Source: Lytechinus pictus (lineage: Eukaryota). From it: a stretch of DNA of 64,000 nucleotides. Below, one piece after another: positions 13,322-25,584 of this stretch. The position numbers and the translations under genes were made by a program. Location: positions 38,380,001 to 38,444,000 of the forward strand of contig NC_087251.1 in NCBI RefSeq assembly GCF_037042905.1. The letters run 5' to 3'. How positions within the stretch are numbered: the stretch's first letter is position 1; every line of letters begins with the position of its first letter. The notes below the pieces were generated by a model. It was given only the letters and a program-made list of their open reading frames with translations, ran no database searches and was not told the DNA's origin.

Positions 13322-13945
13322 TATACAGTATCTTGGGCCTGTTTCATGAAGAATTACAATTATTAAAACTTTTTATTCATGGTAAGTGCTACGGTAACAG
13401 GTCTCGGCCGCCAATCAGTATCTAAGGATGCATAGAAGTGAAGGCCAAAGGCAAAATGAATCCTGTAGGACCTGTTATCATCAAGAACTTACAATTAATG
13501 TTCCTTTTCATTAAAGGTAAATCCTATGGCAATGTGGACTCAGCAGCCAATTGAAACCAACGGATGCATAGAAGTGGAGGTTAAAGGCAAAGTGTTTTGT
13601 CTTTGGCCTGTTTCAAGAATAATTACAATTATTCATGGTAAGTCCTATGGTAACAGGGCTCAGCAGCCAATCAAAATCAGAGGGTGCTGAGAAATGGAGG
13701 TCAAAGGAAAAGTGATTTATTTTGGACCTGTTTCATGATGAACTCAACAATTATTGCAACATTTCATCAAGTCCTATGATAACAGGGCTCAGCAGCCAAT
13801 CAATACCAAGGCTAAGTGAATCCTCCAGGGCCTGTTTTCATGAATAACTTACAATTAATGCTTATATTCATTAATGAGAGGTGGAAATGAACTACAATCT
13901 TGATAAGTCAAAGTGTAACAGGGCTTAACAGCCAATTAAAATCAC
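13287..13945 (+). repeat. Tandem array (about 120-138 bp unit, 4 full and 1 partial copies) of the ATG2 CDS end plus a MITE arm
   Basis: Units begin at about 13287, 13425, 13561 and 13681, with a truncated unit near 13809. Each has GGATGCA.AGAAGTGGAGGTCAAAGGCAAAGTG followed by GGCCTGTTTCATGA...CAGCCAATCA. Confidence 0.85.
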
Positions 13946-15483
13946 GGTTTCAATCAAAATTCAGGCTTTGTGAGATATTCTAGTCTGGACTTGGTGTCAT
14001 GGTTCATACGGGTCAGGACAGGGCATTCATGGAAAATCAAAAAAGATGATGATATTTGAAAATACTTTTCATATGTCATTGCTAACATTAGGGCTACTTA
14101 TATACCTTATTTCAATTTATGTATAATTTATTTGAAGACTTTAGAAGCAAGTGACTATATCATTTCGGGGTACATACCTCCCTGATTAATGCAATTGATA
14201 TTTAAAGTACATGTATATTTATCAAGCAACTAAGGATGTAACAACTCAAAGTTAGAGATAAAAACAAGCACTGAAGTGTTGTATTGATGCATTGTAATTT
14301 TTGTGTGAAATGTAACAATTGCCTCAGTCCCACTAGCACAGCTGACCCCAGACAGACCAAATCTATTACATTATTTCCAATGACATACCATTGATTGGTT
14401 TGGGGTCGGTTTTGTAGGTGTGACTGTAGCGTACCATGTATGTTGATTGGAGCTGAATTTCTTGAGCAATCTGTGATATCTTGAGTCTGATTTTGACGTG
14501 CCATTTGAGAAGCGCTTCCAGCCCATCCAGTTTGCTGTGCCTTTAGCCAAAGATTTTTTTTCCCCGCTTTGTGACCATTGAGACTCATTTTTCATTCATT
14601 TTTTAGCTTGAATATGTCATCTGTACATGACGGAGATAGGCATTTTGTTGCCATACAGCTATTCATTCTTTGTTCCTTTCCACTCTTTAATGTGAAAATA
14701 TTTTCATCATCTTTTGTATGAGGTATCATTTTTTTCTTCATTTTGGGGTTAAGCTAAATCACAATGTGATTTCATGCAAGCCACTGTCTCGTCACTTAGG
14801 TGTGCCAGAGAAGCATTTCATGTAAGGACTTGTTGGATGTTTTATTTGACAAGTAGTTTTGTGTATTTTGTTGGAACACAGATAAAAACAAAATCAACTA
14901 AAAGCATACTTTGTGATCAGAAAAATCCCTGTAAATTATAACTTGTTTCCGACCCCAAGAAGCCAATAATTGTCTTGCACACTCATACCTTCCCAAAGTA
15001 GATCATTAAATATACCTGATCTTTAGAAAAAGGAAAAAAATTTAGATACTTTTCTTGATGTGGAGGTGTGATAGTACCTCATACATTCTTCTATTTATTA
15101 GCTACTGTTGCACATATTTGTGTCTCTGATCATGGAAGTGCATTATTATTGTTCAGTGATTTTATTGCAGTTAATGCAAATATTTCTTAGAAACTTTTAC
15201 TTACGGATGTTAGCATTGATTCAAATCGTCAATGTTTAATATTTTAATGAATTGAAATATTTTTCCTTCAATATTTTCATTCTGTTGTTTTAAGTTTGTT
15301 TGTAATATAATGTGCCATATTGCATTTGTTTCAATTTTTGGTCTCAAACCTGCCCAACTAAAAAATATGCTATATCAATGGCTTTATTATTAAACTATTG
15401 TAACATATTTTGGAAAATAATATACTTATTAGGTGTTGGCATCAACTTCGCAGAGTGTTCAAGTTGCATATTGTCATTACATT

Positions 15484-15711
15484 GTGTTGATGTAACACCA
15501 GCCCGGAATCTATATATGTCCACACCAGAGAAGTGTTAAACAACACCAGCTTCGTTTTGGTGTAACACCAGAAAGGTGTTTATACAACACCAATTAGTAT
15601 TAAAACAGCATCGGTTTGGTTCCAAACTGGTGTTGTTTCAATACTTCTCTGGTGTGGACATATATAGATTCCGGGCTGGTGTTAAATCAACACCGGAGTT
15701 TTTGCAGTGTA
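15484..15711. mobile_element. Foldback element remnant with a CACTG-type terminus
   Basis: ACACCAGCCCGGAATCTATATATGTCCACACCAGAGAAG is inverted near 15643-15685; the element ends TTTTTGCAGTG|TA. Confidence 0.6.
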
Positions 15712-17956
15712 TTACCCAGGCTTTAGCCCAATTGCTGTCCCGATGTGAAAGCAATTATGTTGAGATTCAGTGTGCAAGCCACTCATGACTTTAATTTGTG
15801 TCAGTCTGAACAAACCAGGCCAGTGTACACTGGAGTTAATGAAATATGGTCATAAAAATGCTGAGATGAAGGGAAAAAATATGACATCACACTTTAGTAC
15901 TCTGCAAGATGTTTATTGAAATGCAACCTGTTATCATCTTTTCATGATATCATTTATTTTGGTTACGATATTTTCCTTTTTCTTTGAAAAATATATGTGT
16001 ATTCATTTATGTATTTTTTGTATTTCGAGAATAAGATAAGCTGTAGTTTTGTATTAATGCATCGCTGAAATCTTGAAATCAGAGAAAGAAAAGAGAGATA
16101 ACTTTGTAACTTGCAATCTTTCCCCAGACCTATATCTTCAGTGGGCTGTTTGACAGGTTTGAATACAGCTCAGAAAAAGGTGTATTTTAGAAATATGGCA
16201 ATAATGGCAACCTAATATTGTCTGAAAACAGTCTACTAATTCATGTAGAGATCTCTTATTTAGCAAAGAATGTTGCAACTTATGTCATAAGTCTAAAATA
16301 CAACTTTTTTGAGATGCGAAGTTCAACTGCCCACCCTCAAAGTGTCCACAATAATATGGCTAGCTGATCCATACAATTATGACCCTGGAATGTACTCAGA
16401 TAATGCTTATTGAAAAATTAAGTGATTGCATACATGTTGTTGGTGCTTCACAAGTGATGGAAATCTTGTTTTTTAATACAAAACGTTAATAAACTGTATT
16501 TAAACCCTGTTAAACACTTATTTTTTCAGCATGTACATGTAATTGTTTATAAAACTGTTAAGACTGTTTAAAGAAAATCTTCTTTTTATCACTTTCATGT
16601 GTTCTTTCATTGCTATCAAAAGTATGCAAAGTTAACATTTGAAGATTAAAAAAAAAAAGAATTATATATTTTCAGCTGCCAATTGACTTGTGTGATGACT
16701 ACAAAAGTATTTATACAGTATCTATGTTTTCAGAGTACTGCTATAATAGCATTTTGTATGTCATTTTAATTTGTAAATTGTATATGTTTATCCTGCTTGC
16801 CATGTATACATAATGTGTGATATTAATGATATGAAAGGAATATATCATAAGTTAATGTTATAATGAGAGATTTTGAGGAAGGCTTTGTCAATTGACAAAG
16901 TGGAAGAAAATAGAGATATAAACAATTTATATTGTTATAGATACTGGATGATTGAATTATGAAGTGGAAGTGTTTCACAAATCAATTTGTCTGATTTTTT
17001 CACTGACAACTGTTTTAAGCTACTGAAATACTTGTATCAGATTGGCTGAGGACAAATTTGTTATTAAAAATTACTGATGACATACTTCATGCAAGCGCAG
17101 ATTAAAGTACATGGAAGTTATCCTGAATATATTACTGCTAGATTTAGAAATTGGACACAGTGAAGTCTTGTACAATTTTTTTTTTTAATATAGCTAATTA
17201 TTTTATTTAAACACATATATTTAGTTATTACATATACATGTATGTAATGTAAAGTGCATGGGTAGTAAGTGACTCTTTGTCTTATTGAAAATACATGTGG
17301 CAAGTCATCCAGAAATAAACATGTAATATCGTGAAAATATTGAGTTGCCCGTGTTATTTTTTTTTTCAATCTGAGTCTGGTAATTATTTTCATGATTTAC
17401 CAAAAAGAAAAACAAACATTCATATATTGACATAAATATTGAAAATGCATTACTTATATTACTTATATCAAATTATAACAAGTATCCTTCATTGATTTGT
17501 GATGTTGATCAAATTAGTGTTTTTGCATTTGCCAACAGCTTGTTTTTTGTAAAAGAAATTTTATAATTTCATTTTGATCCAAAAATTGATCAAATGGATG
17601 AAATGTGTAACATAACATTGCTAGTAACATGGTATTGGTATTTTTTAGAAAAGTACCTGGTAATATGGCCATTGTTAAATTGAGGTAATATGAGGAAGCA
17701 CAAAGTTTTGCCAATGAACTAAAATTAATTTCACACATTTGCTGTTAAAATCAATCTCAAGCAATATGTATGTAAAACATCACATCATAAAACTTACTAT
17801 ACTGAGAATAGATTTATGTTATATGTATCATTGAGATGGAACTTAAAAGTACTGTTTAAAGGGGAACTCGAGCACCAAAATAAATTAGGAAATGAGTTGT
17901 ATGATGTCTAGTTCATAGTCTTGATTTATAGAAAGTTTCAAGAGTAACAGGTTTTT

Positions 17957-17962
17957 TTTATT
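17957..17962 (-). terminator. Candidate polyadenylation signal of the homeobox gene
   Basis: AATAAA on the - strand about 90 nt after the stop codon. The motif is common in AT-rich DNA, so support is weak. Confidence 0.35.
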
Positions 17963-18053
17963 ATTTCTTCAGGTAGAGAAAATGTAGATCTCAACGTTAG
18001 CACATACTCAAGCTTACAGGAAAATCCAAAGACTGAATTGTTTTAGTTGCATG

Positions 18054-21000
18054 TTATTCATTGGTAGTTGCTTCAGAGTCTGTCTCTGAGACCTCTTGCC
18101 TGGTGTGTTCCATGTCAGATGGAGACAGTTTCACTATCTGGGAGTTTGATGAAGTAGCCATTGCTGAAGATGGAGCTTGTGATCCAGTCTGGATGTGCAA
18201 TGGCTTCTGAGGTGGTGGAAGCATAGGATACCAAGGGTTGCAGTATGGAATGGCTGGATGTGAGGGGTAAGGTCCTGTGCCGGGATGCTGAGGATGAATA
18301 CCTGGTGCAGGATAGTATCCAAGAGAGGACCAAGGGTGAATGAGGCCGGCATTCGGGAGTCCAGATGGCAGTGGATTACCGGTAGGCGGTGGGATGACAC
18401 CTTGCAGAGGATGCTCTATACCGGAAGACTTGCACCAAGGTGCGGTAGGTGCCTTTGATGCTTCTGTGGTTGATGGTGTCTTTGATGCTGAACCTGAAGA
18501 CAAAGGATTGTCTCTTTTGGCCAAAGGGTGTGGTGGTTGATTAGTATTGAAACCCATTGGATGGTACCAGTGACCCGGTGGTGGCATTGGTGGTGGCAAG
18601 AATCCCATGGTTGGTATACTTGATGGTGGTAGTGGTGGGTACAAGAAGCCTGATGGTACCTTAGATGGCATGGGCGGTGCCATAGAAGGTATCCCTGGTG
18701 CTACTATCGGTACACCTGGTACTGTTGGTAAACCTAATGGAGCTATGTAGCTGTGACCTGGCACTTGGTGTGGCCGTTGCATGTGAGAGAAGGTTCTCAA
18801 AGGTTCTGGCCAGTACTGAGGTGGTACCTGGTGTTTTGGTTCGGTCTCTGATGGCGATGTTCTTCCAGCCTTTGCTTCCTCCCTTTCTTGACGGAGTCTT
18901 CTTGACCGAAACCAACCCTGCATGTGAATAACAAGAGCAGAACATTAAGGAATAATAGAAATCAGAGACAGACTGGTAATTGTAAGAAGTGTATAGTCAA
19001 ATTCTAGATGCAAAACATCAAGAAGCTAATCTGAACTTCAGTCCCATGTTTTGTGAATTTCTGAATTTACACATTTATCCTACATTAAAACATGTCTTTG
19101 TGAATAATGAAATACATATTTCTATAAATACATTTCACTCTCTTCCCTCTTTGTAATATAGCTAACAACATATAGATATTACCTCAATTATTTATTGGCA
19201 AGCAGTGCTCTTTCAAATTTTTTTTAAATCTTCATCACAACAAAGGAAAAGGTTAAACATACCTCTGAAATAAAAGATTAAGAATTTACAAACGAATGGG
19301 ACCTGTTTCATGAAGACTTACTACTACAGTAAATTTTCTTCATTGTAACTTTTCCATTATTTTATCTGTCCTGGAGACTTTTATTTTGATTGGCTGCTGA
19401 GCCTTGTTACCATGGTAGTTGCCATATTAGCAAAGTTCTCACAGTTGTAACCCCTTAATGAAGCCGGCCCCTAAAAACTGTTTATCAGATGATGGAACTA
19501 TTCTTACCCGGATCTTCTTGCTGTCAAGCCCTGTAAGATGCACCAGTAGTTTCATGGTGGCTGTCCCAGGGTGATCCGAGATGTGGAAGGCCGCTTCCAG
19601 GAGGTCCCTTTCGCTCGATGTGAAACCCCTTCGGTGTGGCCTCGTTGGACACCCTGATGATGGTTCTTCAGAAGCTGCATTCCCTACGATGGGGGAGCCG
19701 TTTGTCTCGAGGTTGTAAGGCATGGTATGTGAGGCTTGGGTAGGGTTAGCAGGAAGATTTGCATCTAATGGATCCGAGCTGGCTCTTTTGTCTTCAGGTG
19801 AAGGGGTTTTAGGTGACAGTTCTTCGGATGATGCTGTTAATGATGATATAAATATTTGCTTCACATTAGTATGATCACTGGTGTATAGATAAGAGGGCAC
19901 TTCTGAATGTTATGTCAAAAACCTGTCACAAAATCAGATTTTCATTTCAAAAGGTCAAAAACTTTCACCTTTAGAAATTTGCCCCAAATGCCATTTTTAG
20001 CCCCTTCAATATTAGGGGCCCATTATAGTACTGGATATGATAATGTATAGGATACACTAAATCTTGTCAAATAAAGACATTTGCAAACTTCATCTACATG
20101 TGCATAAATTTATAGCAAGGGTGGATCCATGATTTATTAACCTTAAAAGGACTGGGGGGGGGGGGCCTTGACGCTTCGCGTAATATTTCTGAAACGCAAA
20201 AAGAAAGCGCTGCAAAATTTTTTGGCTTTTTTCTTTGTAGTCTCATGCGACTTTTGAGACCAAATTCGCGACATACAGGTATAGCATCACGACGTCACAT
20301 GACTTTTTACAAGACAATGTCATGCCGAAAATGGTTCATTTTTATACTTTGTGTACAAAGTCTATGGGAGAGGAAATTCATAAAAGGTTGATTATTTTTC
20401 GTTTTAATTGGTCTGCTTAATTAATTTAGGGTTTAATTTAGTTGTTAAATGGTCTGTAATAATCTCAATTGAAAAAAACAATGAAAAACAAAAGGTAAAA
20501 TCATAGAAATACATATAAGAATTTCTAAAAACTAAGAAATACATAATATAAGGAAAATATTGGCTTTCGCAATTTTTCTTTGAGTTGCTTGGTTAAATAC
20601 ATTTTTTTATTAAATATTCTTTATAAGGTCACTGATAAATTTAAAATAATGATAAGAGCAATTGCATGGTGATTCAAAGGCGTTTCTGAGCACAAACGGA
20701 GTCTGATTAACACAGTACATATACAACCTTTTTTAAGATAAAATACTAGATGCACTAGTACTTTGGTAAAGTGGATTTTCTTCACTTTAGTAGAGTTTCT
20801 AACCTAATCTGAAACACAACCCTTTGACAAAAAAAAAAGTTTATGAATGTGATAATATCAAAGATGTAATATCGATATTCTATTGTTGGATAATGTAGAT
20901 AGATTTAACATGATTCAATGTGGAGTATAACTAACAAAATTGCTAACCACCCGTGGAAAAATTGAAATTTTATCTTTCGAATGTCATGGGAACTGTTATG

Positions 21001-23349
21001 AGAGAGTATTTTCATTACAAACAAAAGTTTTAAATAAGGCTGACTGTGCCACGTATGTTTGTTTTTAGTAATGGAGAGATTTATTTTTTTTAAAGGGGGG
21101 AGACAAGAAGAGTAAAGTTTAAAGATAGTGTCTTGCTCGTGTGACTCGATTTACCCCTGTTCCTCAATTAAGAAGAAGAAAAAAGGATTGTCACCATTAG
21201 GCTACCCTGCCCCCCCCCCCCGTACCTTGGGGCCGCAATTTACCTATTTAATGAGGGTTTATTTATGGAGCCGATGATTTGATAAAGTACCATTCTTCAG
21301 CGGAAGGAAATCAAATGTGTAATTATTTTCAAAGTATGGTGATGAGCCTACTTTGTATGGCTCAATTAAATAAACCTTTTGTGGACAAACCAAATAACCT
21401 TAACAGGTCCCTTTCTTTTCGCCTTCTTTGTCCTCGCAACACCGTTTCCTGTGGGCTTAACTCCTAAAACACCTTGTACAGCCAGTACCTTTGTGTTATG
21501 GTGCAGATGGTTTATTTGCATAAATCGATATAACTCTCGCGTGTCAATATAGTAATACTCATGCTACCCGCATGTTAATTTTCTAAATTATTACATGTAT
21601 ATGAATTTAAGAACAACCGAGCTCCGTCTCTTGGTCACGGGCACCATTTCATGTGTCATTTCTATCCCGGAATTCCATCCATAAGTTTCCAACATGAATG
21701 AAAAATTGACCCAAATCGTTATTGGACAAACAAAAATCATTACGTTTTTCTCGATGTCCTCGCAATTAACTACATTGTATCTTAAACTTGAGTCTTTATT
21801 ATTTATACTCTACTATACATTCAATGATCGACCTATTGTGCTCTTTCAAGAAACAGCAATCGTAATTACATAAAGGCAGCCTAACACAAAGCATAACTCC
21901 ATGCAGACGACAAATAATGGTCATTAAACATTATTTCGGGAGAGAAATAAGACTTTGACAAAAAGTACAAATTTTTGCAGCTAAAACGGAAGGTAGACCT
22001 ATGAAGACAAGTATAATGCTCTTTTTTGCACCATCAATGCAGGACGATTCCTAGGTCGTTTTGTAGGCCTATGTCTTTCGTTTGAACTTTATGTGTATTT
22101 AATGTTTGACTCTTCACATTTCAAGTTTAATTTGAAAAAAAAAAGTTTCAATTCAATGATGATATTTGAAGAAAGGCGCCGATGTACAAAGACGGCGCGG
22201 GTCTTCCAAGAAGTTCCAAACAAAGGGCGGTGTCGTCGGCCTTTTTTTTTCGGAAAACGATAGCAAACGAAACATGAACCCTCTGTGACTATCTAAAGAG
22301 GTATTGTTTCGAATACATTTTTTATTAGGTTTTTTTTCTTCATATTTTACCCAAAGCTGGTACAAAGTGGTTCCAAGAAACTCTATTTTCAAAATTCCAA
22401 GTACACCCTCACAGGTTAAAAAAAAGCTTGACGAAATCTTTAAAAAGGGGGTTATGATCCAGAAAAAAATATAAGTTTGAAGAACTTCCTTTCCTATTTC
22501 GAGTGCATGCATGCATGCTCATGAAAATTACCCTTTTCTTCATAATCGCGAACATGTTTTTAAAATTAGGCAAATCATGTTCACAGTCACACCTCTGAAT
22601 ATCGGGTATGATTTTTCTAAAAACTGCTTACGGTGAACAATGAGTATATAGTATGAAATCGGATTCTTGTGAATATACTGAAATCAGTTCGTTTGCATTA
22701 AATAAACTTAATTATGAACTCCAAGAGAGAGAGAAAGGGGACACCATTCATGCATGTGAAAAATGATTTATCCAGGTTAAGTCTTGGCAATAATACTAAT
22801 GTGATTAAGCGGACAATTTGCTTTTTTTTACTGGGAAGGGGTCAAATCCCTCTGCTCTTCATCGAACCATAATTATATGGGAATCATTGAATCCCCACAA
22901 TTATACATAATGATAATAATGAAGAAGCTATGATTGTGCCTTAATATTTAACGACGTATACTTCCACATGTATTTTTTAAAAAAAGGGGGGAAAAAAAAA
23001 AGCAATATAATCATGCCGGAAAAAAAAAATCGTAGTACAATGATTTCTTACCATTTTGATCAAGTGGGGTATCCATCTTGTTAGACTCATCAGCATTTCT
23101 GTTCTTGAAGTTCTCTTCCTTGGAATCGATGGTTGGGGTGGAGAATGGCACTCCAACCCTGAATTCAGCAATCGCCCTTGCTAGCTCTCTCGGCGACATG
23201 ACGTTATCATCGTCAACCTCCTGATGGCGAAGCGGCGGGCTCTGATGTTTCGTTGTCGGCGATGATTTCGTCATCGAACTTTCTGCTGCAGCATCCGTAC
23301 GACTCGCGGATCGTGTCCGCATTCGATTCCTCATTACAACCGGCGGCAT
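18054..23349 (-). CDS. Divergent PRD-like homeobox protein, 495 aa; exons 23349-23052, 19833-19508, 18917-18054
   Basis: Three ORF segments join in phase through canonical sites (G|GTAAGA, AACAG|; CGG|GTAAGA, TGCAG|). The joined homeodomain TRPHRRGFTSSERDLLEAAFHISDHPGTATMKLLVHLTGLDSKKIR|GWFRSRRLRQERE keeps R5, F8, L16, F20, P26, L40, W48, F49, R52 and R53. It is followed by a long Pro-rich C-terminus. Linkage of exon 1 is less certain than that of exons 2-3. Confidence 0.85.
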
Positions 23350-23515
23350 CGTCCAGATACGGGCACGAACGTCGTTTGAGATGAATAAAAATGATATATT
23401 TTTTTTTTCGAGAAATGAATGTTTCCAGAAAAGCCTGTCCGTCGATGGAGCCAGCCAACATCCGAATGACGAGTGCTATAGCTCTTCTCTCTATCTCTTC
23501 CCACGGAGCTCTGCC

Positions 23516-23546
23516 AACTGAGTACCCCCTCTTGAATATTTAAATA
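23516..23546 (-). promoter_or_regulatory. Candidate core promoter of the homeobox gene (TATA-like box plus Inr)
   Basis: On the - strand, TATTTAAA (23546-23539) lies about 27 nt upstream of an Inr-like TCAGTT (23521-23516), about 170 nt before the ATG. Confidence 0.55.
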
Positions 23547-24142
23547 CATGCAAAACGGAACACACATAAAGCACTGATTAATGGCTCTATTGTCTGCCTC
23601 GCAATCCCAAATAAATTTACCATTTAAACGATCGCACCTCTATTTGTGGGTTTTCTTTGCTTCCAGAATAAACCCCGTCTGTTGTCGGTACGGGGAGCTC
23701 GAGTCACCTATTGTGTAAGGATTAAGCCCCCTTGTTCTATACAGCACCGCTGCTCTTGAAGTAAAAGCGTGCCACCAACAAAAAATAATAATCCGGCGTG
23801 CGCGCCCTATAATAAAGACTTCTTATAAGGGTGTTTGAAAGATAAGAAGAATAGATCGAGTGTCACAATACCTGGGAGTTAAATGGCTCATCCTCTTCGG
23901 CTTAACATTGTAAGCATATAATACTTCTTAAAGAACTACCTGTGTCCTGAGAACAGGTGGCCCATCAATATTATTGAGGGGAAGTATCAAGATTTTTAAT
24001 TCTTTGTATGAACTAATCAACTAGAAATTGTACCCTTACTTCTCACTATAATAAAGCTGCAGATAGATGGAAAGGTTGATTTGAAAAAACCCTTGTATCT
24101 TATCGCTATGAACATCTTTTCAAATATTTAATCGAAGTTATA

Positions 24143-25112
24143 CAGTGCGTCCTAGAAAAAAAAGGGAACCGAGATTCACATGTTCTTATTATTCAAAGGC
24201 AAATTAATTGTGATATTTTATTAACATCATCATCATATAATTCAATTCTTCCTCTTTATTCTGATACCTAATATGAGACGAACACTTAACGCATTAATGA
24301 GCAAGACGATTTTGGCATTTCTTTTGTATTCTTTGTTAAAGGTTAGGTCTACCCCAGAAAAATATTGATTTTAATAAATAGAGAAAAAATTCAAACTAGC
24401 ATAACGCAAACATTTTTATCAAAATCGGTTGTGAAATAAGAAAGTTTCGCTTATTTTTCACAAAACAGTGGTATGCACAACTCAGTGACATGCAAATGAG
24501 AGTATGAGACAGACGATGATGTCCTTCACTCACTATTTCTTTTGTTTTTTTATTGTTTGAATTATTTCACAATATTTCATTTTTTACAGATTTGACAAAT
24601 AAGTACCAACTTGACTGAACCATATTAAAACAATAAAAACTGAATTATAAAAAAACAATGCTAATTCCACATGTTCAGGGAAGAATTAATCATTGTTAAT
24701 TAACTTGACAGTCAAGTGAGGAGAAAATTAGCATATTTCATATTTCATATGATAAGTCACAAAAGAAATAGTGAGTGGATGACGTCATCATTCTCCTCAT
24801 TTGCATACCGACCATGCAGGATGTGCATATAACTATTTTGTGAAATGAAGTGAAACTTTAAAATGTCATAACTTTCTTCCGATTTTGATGAAATTTTCAG
24901 TGTTATGCTAGTTGGATTTTTCTCTTTTTATTCAAATGAACTTTTTTTTTGTTTCTTATCTGCCATGCGTGAACAATTTGCTAAGTTGTTGGTTTCAAAT
25001 TAGAGATGAGATTCCAATATTTCCATGAGTATCAAATTTATTGTAAAAACATATTTAATAATTGGAAAATCTGTCTCTGAAAACCGGTTTCCCTTTTTTG
25101 TTGGACGCACTG
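24143..25112. mobile_element. Tc1/mariner-like MITE containing a nested Kolobok-like insert (24340 to about 24950)
   Basis: TA|CAGTGCGTCC ... GGACGCACTG|TA. The insert begins TTAA|AGGTTAGGTCTACCCCAG. Confidence 0.75.
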
Positions 25113-25200
25113 TATGATAAACAAATTCCTGTACTATTTGTCACTTACATTCAAATTATCTTTGTCAAGAGGCAAAACTACGATGGTGAACTTCAATTAA

Positions 25201-25584
25201 AGGGGAAGTTCACCCTGACAAAAAGTTAATTGTAAAAATAGCGAATAGCGAATGGTAACAAATCAGTGAAATGTCATTTTGTCAGAAAATTGAAAATGTT
25301 TTTTTACTGTACCTTATGTATATCAATAGACAAACCATTTCATATCCGATCATGAAAAGAAAACAAAACTCATTAGGAACCATTAAAAAATGAAATGTAT
25401 GCATTGTATATTACATGACATATGGGGTAGCTGCTCGTATGACGTAACAAATCGAAATTAAACCTAAAATTCTAATAACTTTCTTAATCTTTAACGGATT
25501 TTCCTCAAAACTTATGTTTACGAATATTTTTATCCTTTTTCTGCTATTTTTACAGTAAACTTTTCTTCAGGGTGAACTTTCCAT
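25201..25584. mobile_element. Kolobok-like MITE, family A
   Basis: TTAA|AGGGGAAGTTCACCCTGA ... TCAGGGTGAACTTTCCAT|TTAA. Confidence 0.85.

Noticed and set aside
14202..14595. Two overlapping minus-strand ORFs (128 and 74 aa) downstream of ATG2
   Set aside because: No recognisable domain or convincing splice structure; probably antisense to the ATG2 3' UTR.
18888..19645. Assignment of the homeobox to pmar1/micro1/hbox12
   Set aside because: As I recall, those have a near N-terminal homeodomain with WFQNRR and eh1-like repeats; here the domain is internal, reads WFRSRR, and I see no eh1 repeats.
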